From an uncultured Saprospiraceae bacterium (lineage in GTDB: Bacteria; Bacteroidota; Bacteroidia; Chitinophagales; Saprospiraceae), in the NCBI GenBank assembly GCA_964450465.1, contig CAYVDV010000001.1, positions 1-54,479 on the forward strand: a stretch of 54,479 bases of DNA, read 5' to 3'. Positions 38,371 through 47,201 of the stretch are shown piece after piece (the first letter of the stretch is position 1; the number at the start of each line of letters is the position of its first letter). Below the pieces are notes generated by a model. It ran no database searches. It saw only the letters and a list, made by a program, of their open reading frames with translations, and was not told the origin of the DNA. The translations under genes were made by a program, and so were the position numbers.

Positions 38371-39834
38371 ATGCTTAGGAAACTTGCAGTTTTTTTTGCG
38401 CTGCTGGGGGTAGTCATATTGGCTACCTACTATGCGCCGGCAGCCGTAAAAACGCCATTCTATATTCTGCTCCTGGCCGCCTACCTGCGGTCGAAGAACG
38501 AGGGAATGTGGCTGGTGCTTTTCCTGACCATCTCCGATGGCTTCTGGGGGTATTTTAGTGCCTATGAGGTAGTATTGAAACTGATTCCCGGTCTTCCGCC
38601 AATCGAGGTGGGGCACTTGTATGTCGCGCTTACGCTGGTCAAAGCCTCCAACCGGGAGAGCCCGGGCGCATTCTTCCACGACAATTTCCTGAAAGTGATC
38701 ATGGTCTATATCGGCTTTCTGATCTTTCAGGGTTATTTCCTGGGCCTGAGCCCGCAAATGAACGTACAATTCAGGCTGATCAAATTCCTCTTCCCGCTTG
38801 CCCTGTTCGTTTCCGTACCCCGGTTATTCCGCACAGAGGAGGATTTTCGCGAAGTCTTTGTCTACTTATTCCCCATGGTCTTCCTGGCTCTGTTCGCCCA
38901 GGTTTTCACGATAACCACCGGACACACACCGTCCCAGTATTTGGGGGTGTACAAGAAGTTCTGGTTCACAGTGGATGTCGCCAAAGGCAAAACCTACCGC
39001 GGTTTTTACAGCAGCGGGACCGTGCTTATCTCCTATTTCGGCGCCTTCTATTACCTGGCGCGCAAGGAGAACTATTTCAACTATATGTACCTGTTTTCCA
39101 TCGTGGCGGCAGGATTGCTCTGTGTTATACTTTCCGCCACCCGCGGATGGCTGATCGGCTTCTCTCTAAGCCTGTTCCTGTTTCTCCTTTTCGTGCTCCG
39201 GCTCAATACCAAACGCCTGGCGACGGTACTGCTCACCGGCGGGCTGCTGGTGGTGGGACTGCTTATGATCCCGGTTGTAGCCAAACAGTTTGGAAATGCC
39301 TTTAAACGATTTACCACACTGGAGAAGCTGGCCGGTGGCGACGTCACCGCCGGCGGCACGCTGGAGCGGATCGACAAACGGAGCCCGAGGGTCATGGACA
39401 AGTGGAGCGAAGCCCCGCTCACCGGCTGGGGATTCTCCGATACTTTTTTCAAATATGCCGACTTCCACGTAGCCAATCAAAATGTATTGCTGCACTCCGG
39501 AATCCTTGGCCTGACCCTGATGGTCCTCTTTTTTATCTACTACCACGGCATGTTGCTGTCCAGATATCTTGAACTCCCACGGGGACGACCATTCAAAGAT
39601 CCAATGCTGGTTTTCGTGCTGTTTTTCCCGGGTTGGTATATGATCCACTCCTCTTCCGGGCAGCATTTCAGTTTCTACCAGGACCCCTGCGGCGGGATCA
39701 TAACCGCCTTCTACTTTTCCTTTGGCGCGTTCACCTTTAAAAAGTCTTTTATCCCTAAAACCCGTTCCGCCCCCCCGGCAATTCAGCCATCGCATGAACC
39801 GGAAACTTCGGCTCTTTCACAGCCGGATCCATAA
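38371..39834 (+). CDS. wzy: O-antigen polymerase/ligase family protein (Wzy_C-type)
   Basis: 487 aa with at least 10 TM spans. LSATRGWLIGFSLSLFLFLL followed by a large loop (FTTLEKLAGGDVTAGGTLERIDKRSPRV) is typical of Wzy/WaaL-like proteins. Confidence 0.7.
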   Translation: MLRKLAVFFALLGVVILATYYAPAAVKTPFYILLLAAYLRSKNEGMWLVLFLTISDGFWGYFSAYEVVLKLIPGLPPIEVGHLYVALTLVKASNRESPGAFFHDNFLKVIMVYIGFLIFQGYFLGLSPQMNVQFRLIKFLFPLALFVSVPRLFRTEEDFREVFVYLFPMVFLALFAQVFTITTGHTPSQYLGVYKKFWFTVDVAKGKTYRGFYSSGTVLISYFGAFYYLARKENYFNYMYLFSIVAAGLLCVILSATRGWLIGFSLSLFLFLLFVLRLNTKRLATVLLTGGLLVVGLLMIPVVAKQFGNAFKRFTTLEKLAGGDVTAGGTLERIDKRSPRVMDKWSEAPLTGWGFSDTFFKYADFHVANQNVLLHSGILGLTLMVLFFIYYHGMLLSRYLELPRGRPFKDPMLVFVLFFPGWYMIHSSSGQHFSFYQDPCGGIITAFYFSFGAFTFKKSFIPKTRSAPPAIQPSHEPETSALSQPDP

Positions 39835-39861
39835 CCGGGATTTGAAAACATCGATTTGAAA

Positions 39862-40977
39862 ATGAAAAAACAAATACTTCCTGCCCCCGTACATTATGTG
39901 GTATGGCGGTCCGATCCGGGCGGAGCGGAATCCTATATCAGCCATTACGTCCGGCATTTTGCCGGCCGGCGGGAGCGTCATATTTGCAGCCTGCGTTCGG
40001 CGGACAATGGGCTGAGCACGGACCCGGAAGTGTATTTCCACCCGGGCGGCGGAAACAGCCTGCAGTGCTATACCCGGTATTTCGGCTATTGCCGCCGGCA
40101 CCGGCAGGATTTGTTTCACCTGATGAGCGTGGGACCTGTGATCCTGTTGCTCACGCTCCTGGCGGGCGTCCGCAATCCGGTGTACCATATCCACGGTACG
40201 ATTTACTGGAAAAAGACGCTGGACCGGATCTACTTGAAAACAGCCTGGTGGCTGAGTTCCTTTTTTCGGGTGCGTTTTATCGCCAACTCCAAATACAGTG
40301 CGGCTATTTTTCATAAAAAAGTGCTGCCGGTCTGGCCAAAAGTGATCTATAACGGTTTCGAAATGGATCGCTTTTTGGAAAAACGAACCCTGCGCCCCGA
40401 CCTGCGCCGCATGGCCTATGCCGGCCGCCTGCATACGGGCAAGAATGTCGATCTGGTGATCCGGCTTTTTGAAGAGATCGCGGGAGAAATGCCGGAACTG
40501 GAACTGCATATTGCCGGCGACGGCATGCTGCGTCCGGCACTGGAAGAACAGGCCCGGCAAAGCCCCTTTGGAAAGCGGATCATTTTCCACGGCTGGGTAC
40601 AGGATGTACCTTCCTTTTACAGATCTGTTGACCTGTTTGTCTTCCTGAGCGCCTACGAATCCTTTGGAAACGTATTGCTGGAAGCCCTCCTGACCGGCCT
40701 GCCCATCCTGACCAGCGACGTGCCGGTCTTCGAGGAAATCCACGGCGGGGAGTCCGCTTTTTGCCTGGGCAACCCGGAATTCTATCCCGGCCTGGCTGCT
40801 GCGTTCCGGCAAGCCATTTCGCACTACCCCGCCCTTGCTGAAAAGGCTTTTGCCACAGGGGAGCGACTCCGTAAAACCTTTAGCCTGGAAAAACACCTGA
40901 CTGAAATTGAGCACATCTATGAAAAAACTGAGTCCACCGGTCATCTACTACCACTCCGTAGCGCCGAAGCTGTTTGA
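39862..40977 (+). CDS. Family 4 (GT-B) glycosyltransferase
   Basis: The track start at 39856 is TTG; an ATG lies at 39862. ExxxxxxxE motif in YESFGNVLLEALLTGLPILTSD. GRLHTGKNVDLVI. Confidence 0.85.
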   Translation: MKKQILPAPVHYVVWRSDPGGAESYISHYVRHFAGRRERHICSLRSADNGLSTDPEVYFHPGGGNSLQCYTRYFGYCRRHRQDLFHLMSVGPVILLLTLLAGVRNPVYHIHGTIYWKKTLDRIYLKTAWWLSSFFRVRFIANSKYSAAIFHKKVLPVWPKVIYNGFEMDRFLEKRTLRPDLRRMAYAGRLHTGKNVDLVIRLFEEIAGEMPELELHIAGDGMLRPALEEQARQSPFGKRIIFHGWVQDVPSFYRSVDLFVFLSAYESFGNVLLEALLTGLPILTSDVPVFEEIHGGESAFCLGNPEFYPGLAAAFRQAISHYPALAEKAFATGERLRKTFSLEKHLTEIEHIYEKTESTGHLLPLRSAEAV

Positions 40978-42076
40978 AGGTTGGGTGCTGAAGTTCCTGA
41001 CCCTCCAGCTGGAAACATTTGAGGATCAAATGGCCTATCTACAACAGAAAGGCTACCGGGCTGTCTTTTTTGACGAATGGCTGGCCATCCGCAGCGGCCG
41101 GCAGGCAAGCACCGGCCGGGAGGTAACGATCAGCTTCGACGACGGCCTGCTTGACAACTGGGTGTACGCTTTCCCTGTAGCCAAAAAATACGGCATGCGC
41201 TTTACCCTCTTCGTTTCGCCGGAATGCGTCGATCCCCGCGACATCGTCCGGCCTACGCTGGAGGATGTCTGGCAGGGCCGCTGCCGCAAAGCCGATCTCC
41301 AGGGGCTCGGCTATCTGTCCTGGCGGGAATTGAAACAAATGCAGGAATCCGGTTTCGTCGATATTCAATCGCACACCATGTCGCACACGAAATACATCAT
41401 TTCGGGCGACATCGACCGCTTTTACTACGGCGGCTTCCGGGGCATGTACCCCATCTGGAATGCCCGGCCGGAAACCAAACCGTTCTATGCAGAGGATCCG
41501 GATTTTGAGCAAAGGCTTCACCTGGGTGCACCGCTGTTCCGGGAAGCATCCGCCGTAGTGGCCCGAAAACACGACATCAATCCCGGATTTCTTGATGAAA
41601 TCGCCGCCCTTGCGGAGAAATACGACCTGAATATCCCCGAACACCGGCTCCCGTATGAGGCCAAAGCCCGGGAAATACACGCCAACTACCAATCCCAAAA
41701 CAAACTGATTACCGGGGTGGAAAGTGAAAGCGATTATCAGGCACGCCTGCGCTACGAAATTATCGACTCCAAAACAATTATTGAGGAAAAACTGGGCAAG
41801 CCTGTTCAGTTTCTGTGCTGGCCGCATGGCGACAACACCGCAGAAGCCCATGCACTGGCAAAAGCAAACGGTTATCTGGCCACCACCGCCGGAAAAATGA
41901 CCGGAGAGGCCAATCAAACAGATCGCATTCCCCGGATCGGCACCTCCTTCGAACTCAGCGCCTGGCTAAACCGGCAAAAATTTCACTATAAAATGGCCAG
42001 CCATTACCACCGGCAACCCTATTACGCCATTTGGCTGGCCAATGAATATAAAAACAAGATCCTGCAACGCAGCTGA
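40919..42076 (+). CDS. Polysaccharide deacetylase (CE4/NodB-homology) family protein
   Basis: ATG at 40919 (track TTG at 40907). ISFDDGLLDNW (motif 1), QSHTMSH (motif 2), FLCWPHGD. 59-nt overlap with the preceding GT4 gene. The stop overlaps the next ATG (TGATG). Confidence 0.75.
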   Translation: MKKLSPPVIYYHSVAPKLFEGWVLKFLTLQLETFEDQMAYLQQKGYRAVFFDEWLAIRSGRQASTGREVTISFDDGLLDNWVYAFPVAKKYGMRFTLFVSPECVDPRDIVRPTLEDVWQGRCRKADLQGLGYLSWRELKQMQESGFVDIQSHTMSHTKYIISGDIDRFYYGGFRGMYPIWNARPETKPFYAEDPDFEQRLHLGAPLFREASAVVARKHDINPGFLDEIAALAEKYDLNIPEHRLPYEAKAREIHANYQSQNKLITGVESESDYQARLRYEIIDSKTIIEEKLGKPVQFLCWPHGDNTAEAHALAKANGYLATTAGKMTGEANQTDRIPRIGTSFELSAWLNRQKFHYKMASHYHRQPYYAIWLANEYKNKILQRS

Positions 42077-43866
42077 TGTTCTTCTATCTGAAATATCGAT
42101 TGGCGCCCGACGCCGGCCCGCTTGCGGTGCAACTGCTCGATGCAGCAGACCAGCCTTGTGCTGCGGGAAACACCCTGTATGTCCATACCGGGCATCAGCG
42201 CATGGTTACGGCAGAGCTGCCCGGCGGGCGACTGCTCCTGTTGGGCGACCCCATCCATCCGGATTGGAAATCGCTGGGCGCCACAATTCCCGTTCGCGAC
42301 GGCGCCCCGGATGAAACTGCGCTGTATGAGCAGGTCCGGGGACACTACTACTGGTTTTTCCTGCATACCGGGGGCATTTGTTGCGGCAATTCTTTTGGGG
42401 CGATCTATCCCGTTTATTACCACATTGGAGCACAGTACTGCAGCGTTTCTTCCGCCTCATTTGCGCTCGCTGCAAAAACGGACGCAACGGAATCCGACCG
42501 GCGGAATCTGTTGGAGCGACTGCTGTTCAACTACCCGTTCTTTGACTCCACCTGGTGGAAAGGCATCCGGTTGCTGGATGCGCATGCCCGGCTGGAAATG
42601 TCCGGTGCTCAGGTACAGATCAAACAGCGCTTCCGGCTTGAGCAACACTTCGGCGACGGCGCCGACCACTCCCCGGGCAGCCTGCTGCGACTTGCCGAAT
42701 CCTTCCAGGCAGAAACCGGTCTTTTCCTGCCCGACCGGCCCTTTGGCATTTCGTTCACAGGCGGCTTCGACGGACGCACCCTGCTCGCCGCTGCCCGCAA
42801 GGCAGGTCGAAGCAACTTCCTGACTTATAGCTTCGGGCGCCCGGGCGCTTCCGACGTCAGCTTCCCGGAAGCCCAAACCCGCCGGCTGGGCATCCCGTAC
42901 ACTCCCATTCTGCTCGACGAAAAATACCTGGAACAGGATGCGCTGAGATCCGCCGGTGAATTCATGCGGCTTACAGAATTCAACGGGAATTACGGAAGGC
43001 CGCACTACCACTTTGCCGCGCAAAAACTTGCCGGCAGGACGGGCTACCTGCTGACCGGCAATTTCGGCAGCGAGTTGTTCCGGGCCCTGCACCAGCCGGG
43101 GGTCATGATGAGCGGACAGTTGATCCGGATCTTTTCAGCAGCGGATCAATCCTGGAAAGATCAGCTGGTCCGGGGAACGGTTTCCTGGAACAAAACGGCC
43201 TTTCGGGATGAACTTGACGCCCTGATCGCCGATCTGGAAAACTACCTGGCGCCTATGCAATCCTGGGAGCCCAACCATAAGTTCTACTATTTTGTGATTA
43301 ACGAGATCTTCCGCAAGTACTTCGGTCCGGAACTGGTAATGCAAAGCCATTTTCTGAATAACCGCACTCCGTTTCTTTCCCTCCGCTTTTTCCGCGAACT
43401 GAACGGCACCATCTGGTCGGGCGTGCATTCCCGCCTGTTTGAAAAAATGAAAAACAAGCGCCTCAAAGGCCAGCAGTTTTATTCCGCCTTTATCCGGCAG
43501 GCCGACCCGCAACTCTACCGCCTGAAGACCAACAAGGGTTACAGCCCCGTCGATGTTCTGGAACCGCTCCGGCGCCCCCTGCTGCTCGGACGGGTGGCCG
43601 TGCAAAAGTTCATCCGAAAAGATGAACCGGACTCCAACTCCGTAGATGCCTTTTTTCAACAAAACCGGGACTACCTGCACCGGCAAATCGACCCCGATGG
43701 CAATACAGACCTGCGGCATACTGGTCTGAATACCCTGTTGCAACAACCCGATGCCGGACTGGAAGAAACCATAAAATATTTTTCCATTGCCGCAGGTTGG
43801 GTCGCAGCGCAACAGATCGTTGCCCCTGCAGCAGGACTACTGACGAACATTGCAAACCTGAAATAA
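42076..43866 (+). CDS. Asparagine-synthase-family homolog lacking the N-terminal Cys nucleophile and with an altered PP-loop
   Basis: Begins MFFYLKY, with no Cys2. GHYYWFFLHTGGICCGNSFGAIYPVYYH resembles the AsnB Ntn-domain core (F.F...D......ARD..G..PLYY). ISFTGGFDGRTLL stands in place of the SGGLDSS PP-loop. Confidence 0.5.
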   Translation: MFFYLKYRLAPDAGPLAVQLLDAADQPCAAGNTLYVHTGHQRMVTAELPGGRLLLLGDPIHPDWKSLGATIPVRDGAPDETALYEQVRGHYYWFFLHTGGICCGNSFGAIYPVYYHIGAQYCSVSSASFALAAKTDATESDRRNLLERLLFNYPFFDSTWWKGIRLLDAHARLEMSGAQVQIKQRFRLEQHFGDGADHSPGSLLRLAESFQAETGLFLPDRPFGISFTGGFDGRTLLAAARKAGRSNFLTYSFGRPGASDVSFPEAQTRRLGIPYTPILLDEKYLEQDALRSAGEFMRLTEFNGNYGRPHYHFAAQKLAGRTGYLLTGNFGSELFRALHQPGVMMSGQLIRIFSAADQSWKDQLVRGTVSWNKTAFRDELDALIADLENYLAPMQSWEPNHKFYYFVINEIFRKYFGPELVMQSHFLNNRTPFLSLRFFRELNGTIWSGVHSRLFEKMKNKRLKGQQFYSAFIRQADPQLYRLKTNKGYSPVDVLEPLRRPLLLGRVAVQKFIRKDEPDSNSVDAFFQQNRDYLHRQIDPDGNTDLRHTGLNTLLQQPDAGLEETIKYFSIAAGWVAAQQIVAPAAGLLTNIANLK

Positions 43867-43912
43867 TATATAAAATTATATAGGCCAAGCATTAATACAA
43901 TAATATCCGACA

Positions 43913-45010
43913 ATGGAGACGATAATTAGCTATACACGACCCGATCGGGATTTTTGGTCGCAATACACCGAGCTGTGGCGAAACAGCCAGGGGCGCTCCC
44001 CCTTCCAGTCGCCCGGTATCCTGCAGTATTTCGCCGGGCGGGCGGAAGATCAGATTGCAACGGTAAGTTGCCGCAAAGAGGGGATGCTTCTGGGGGCTGC
44101 TTTGTTCCAAAAAGAGAGCGGCAGGTACACTTTCCTAAGCGATATGAAGACCGACGCCAATTTTTTTGTGTTGCATCACGATTGTACCCCAGCCCTGCAA
44201 CAACAATTTTTTGAACAGTTTCTGGAGGCGATCAAACGCGACAACTGGTCGCTGACGCTCAACAATCAACCCGGGTGGGCAGGCTACATGGCCCGCTTTG
44301 AAGCAGCCGGGCAGGCCAGCAAACTGTTTTGGATGAATATGAAGTATTCCGTTTGCCCCGTGGCGGAAGCGGAAACGCCCGATGCCCTCTTTCAGCGGAT
44401 CAATGGCTCGCGTGAGCTCCGTTACCGGGTAAACAAACTTAAAAACCAGGAAAATGCCGAATTCGAAGTCCTGACCGACGGAACGGATATCGACCATTGG
44501 GCAGATGAATTTTGCGATGCCCACATCCTGCGTTGGGCCGACACCCCCACTCCATCGTCGTATCGCGACCCTGCGCGCCGGCAATTTCTCAAAGATTGTC
44601 TGCATGCCTGGAACTCCGACGGCATTTTGGTACGATTTTCCGTAAGAGTAAAACAGAGCAGGGTTGGTTTCGTCGTGGGGCTTCTGGAGGAGAACTCGCT
44701 GATCCACCACTCCACGACCTTCCACCCCGACTATTGGAAGTTCAGCCCGGGCAAGGCGCTTATCCACTTCATGACCCAATGGATGAAGGGACAAAACATG
44801 CGGGCGCTGGATTTTGGCGACGGCGACGAACCGTACAAGTTCACCGTGGCCAATGTGGAACACGCCCTGCACCGGATCTTTATTTCCAGCCCCGGAAACC
44901 TTCCCTTTATTCTTAAAACCAGAGCGATCAAAGTCGTTCGCGACAATCCGAAATTCTATGATTTCTATCGGGAAAAAATAAAGCGGCTAAAACAGCGCAT
45001 ATCACTATGA
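43913..45010 (+). CDS. FemAB-related / CelD(BcsL)-type GNAT-fold acyltransferase (Acetyltransf_6-like)
   Basis: SPFQSPGILQYF near the N-terminus. C-terminal FHPDYWKFSPGKALIHFMTQWMKGQNMRALDFGDGDEPYKF is typical of the CelD/BioF2-like GNAT family as I recall it. Confidence 0.6.
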   Translation: METIISYTRPDRDFWSQYTELWRNSQGRSPFQSPGILQYFAGRAEDQIATVSCRKEGMLLGAALFQKESGRYTFLSDMKTDANFFVLHHDCTPALQQQFFEQFLEAIKRDNWSLTLNNQPGWAGYMARFEAAGQASKLFWMNMKYSVCPVAEAETPDALFQRINGSRELRYRVNKLKNQENAEFEVLTDGTDIDHWADEFCDAHILRWADTPTPSSYRDPARRQFLKDCLHAWNSDGILVRFSVRVKQSRVGFVVGLLEENSLIHHSTTFHPDYWKFSPGKALIHFMTQWMKGQNMRALDFGDGDEPYKFTVANVEHALHRIFISSPGNLPFILKTRAIKVVRDNPKFYDFYREKIKRLKQRISL

Positions 45011-46083
45011 GAAAACTAAAACTGGCTATTCTGAAGAATGAAGTAGCCGAAGATCACCTGCTTTGGCTGGAAGCCTGCCAAGAAATGAAGGATCGCATCG
45101 AATGGGACGTGGTCGATCTGACCCGACACGACTGGCTGGAACGAATCGAAGAAAAATCCTATGACGGGCTGCTGGCTTCCCCACCGGGATGGACCACCCC
45201 ATTCAAAACCATGTTTGACGAACGAATCAGCATTCTCGATACGGCGCTGCATATCCCGCTGTATCCTTCCGTAGAAGAGATCCTGATCTATGAAAACAAA
45301 AAATACCTTTCGTACTGGCTGACTGCCAACAACGTGCCGCATCCCCGGACCTGGGTATTTTACTACGAGGACGAGGCGCAGGCCTTTCTGGAAAAAGCGC
45401 AACTGCCGCTGGTCGGCAAATCCAGCATTGGCGGCTCGGGCAGCGGGGTGTTTATCCTGAAATCCCAAAAGGCTGCCCAGGAATACATCGATCATATCTT
45501 CTCCGGCAAGGGCGCCCCGCTCACGGTAGGTCCAAAATGGCGAAAAAAAGGCTTTATGGGCCGGGTACTGAAGCGGCTTATGCATCCGGCGGATTTCCGG
45601 ACCAAAATCAAGCAATACCGGCACCAGCGATCGGAAGTACAGAAGGATTTTGTCATTTTGCAGGAGTTCATACCGCATAGTTTTGAATGGCGCTGCGTGC
45701 GGATCGGCGACTCGTTTTTCGCCCATAAAAAACTGGTCAAAGGCGACAAGGCCAGCGGAAGCCTGTTGAAGGGTTACGAAAACCCGCCGTTCCGGCTGCT
45801 GGATTTCGTCAAGGACATAACGGATCGCAGGCACTTCCTCTCGCAGTCGGTGGATATTTTTGAAACCGCCGACGGCCGCTATCTGGTCAACGAAATGCAG
45901 TGCATTTTCGGCCAGTCCGATCCCTACCAAATGCTGGTGGACGGCCATCCGGGCCGCTACCGGCTGATTGATGGACAATGGACCTTTGAAGCCGGTGATT
46001 TTAACCGCTATGAATCATATCTGCTCCGGCTGGAGCATTTCCTGGAAATACTAACTGAAAAACAACTGGAGGTAACAGCGTGA
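45007..46083 (+). CDS. ATP-grasp (RimK-like) ligase
   Basis: LPLVGKSSIGGSGSGVFILKSQKAAQEY (P-loop-like Gly-rich lid). ILQEFIP. YLVNEMQCIFGQSD (Mg-binding E/N region). ATGA overlap upstream and GTGA overlap downstream. Confidence 0.7.
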   Translation: MRKLKLAILKNEVAEDHLLWLEACQEMKDRIEWDVVDLTRHDWLERIEEKSYDGLLASPPGWTTPFKTMFDERISILDTALHIPLYPSVEEILIYENKKYLSYWLTANNVPHPRTWVFYYEDEAQAFLEKAQLPLVGKSSIGGSGSGVFILKSQKAAQEYIDHIFSGKGAPLTVGPKWRKKGFMGRVLKRLMHPADFRTKIKQYRHQRSEVQKDFVILQEFIPHSFEWRCVRIGDSFFAHKKLVKGDKASGSLLKGYENPPFRLLDFVKDITDRRHFLSQSVDIFETADGRYLVNEMQCIFGQSDPYQMLVDGHPGRYRLIDGQWTFEAGDFNRYESYLLRLEHFLEILTEKQLEVTA

Positions 46084-47117
46084 AAGTTTTATTTGTATTC
46101 AGCGGCAATTCCCGGCAATTCCCGATCTCTCCGTTTACCAAGGCACAGGCCGATTCGCTGCGCGCATTAGGCGTGGAGGTTGATTACTTTCCCATTCAGG
46201 GAAAAGGCGCTATGAATTACCTGAAAAACGTAGGTCCGCTGCGCCAACACCTGAAGGCAAACCGCTACGACCTGATCCACGCCCATTACTCATTGTGCGG
46301 TTGGGTGGCGGTACTTGCTTCACTGGGGCGTTTACCCGTAGTATTGTCGCTTATGGGCGATGATGCGCAGGGTACCTTTACCGGAAATAACCGGATCGAC
46401 TTGAAAAGCCGCTACCTCATCTTTCTGACCCGGCTGATCCAGCCTTTTGTACAGGCCATCATTTCCAAATCTGCCAACCTGGAAAAAGCCGTGTATCGCA
46501 AGCGAATTTCTTATGTGATCCCCAATGGCGTGCGATTTGACCAGTTTCAACTTTACCCCAATGGCTGCCGGGAGGAGCTTGGCCTGAAAAAAGACCGGCA
46601 ATACGTGCTTTTCCTGGGAAATCCGCAAGACACGAACAAGAATTTTGCGCTGGTACAATCAGCCGTTGCCCTGCTGGGGCGTCCGGATGTGGAACTACTC
46701 AGCGTGTACCCCGTCACACACGATCAGGTAGTCAAGTACCTTAACTCGGTCGATGTATTTACCCTCTGTTCTTTTGGCGAAGGCTCCCCGAATGTCGTGA
46801 AGGAAGCCATGACCTGCAATTGCCCCCTGGTGGTCACCCCGGCCGGCGATGCCGCCTGGGTGGTCAGTGAAACGGAGGGTTGCCATGTAGCGGGTTATAC
46901 CCCGGAGGATTTTGCCGAAAAACTTGGTGCTGCACTCGAGTTTGCCCGGCAAAAAGGCCGGACCAGCGGACGGCAACGCATGCTTGATCTCGGCCTGGAT
47001 TCCCAGGCTGTGGCGATGAAGATCCTGAATATTTACAGCAAGTTGACGGACAAGGCTGCCCCCGGGCTGGCGCCGCCCGCGACCCGCCGGGAAGTAGCCG
47101 GCGCAGAAACCAACTGA
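46080..47117 (+). CDS. Family 4 (GT-B) glycosyltransferase
   Basis: GTG start overlapping the ATP-grasp stop. ExxxxxxxE in FGEGSPNVVKEAMTCNCPLVVT. Confidence 0.85.
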   Translation: MKVLFVFSGNSRQFPISPFTKAQADSLRALGVEVDYFPIQGKGAMNYLKNVGPLRQHLKANRYDLIHAHYSLCGWVAVLASLGRLPVVLSLMGDDAQGTFTGNNRIDLKSRYLIFLTRLIQPFVQAIISKSANLEKAVYRKRISYVIPNGVRFDQFQLYPNGCREELGLKKDRQYVLFLGNPQDTNKNFALVQSAVALLGRPDVELLSVYPVTHDQVVKYLNSVDVFTLCSFGEGSPNVVKEAMTCNCPLVVTPAGDAAWVVSETEGCHVAGYTPEDFAEKLGAALEFARQKGRTSGRQRMLDLGLDSQAVAMKILNIYSKLTDKAAPGLAPPATRREVAGAETN

Positions 47118-47201
47118 TTCTATTTGAAAACAAACGGACAGAAAAGGGGTATTGCTTCCCGCCTGCCGGAATAATAAACACCTTCGAACAACACTAAAAT
47201 T

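Noticed and set aside
39817-41917. Minus-strand ORFs 39817-40944 (375 aa) and 41039-41917 (292 aa)
   Set aside because: They are shadow ORFs opposite the GT4 and deacetylase genes. The same applies to 45016-45978 (opposite the ATP-grasp gene), 16780-17706, 6714-7688, 21624-22454, 32171-32881 and 44135-44872.
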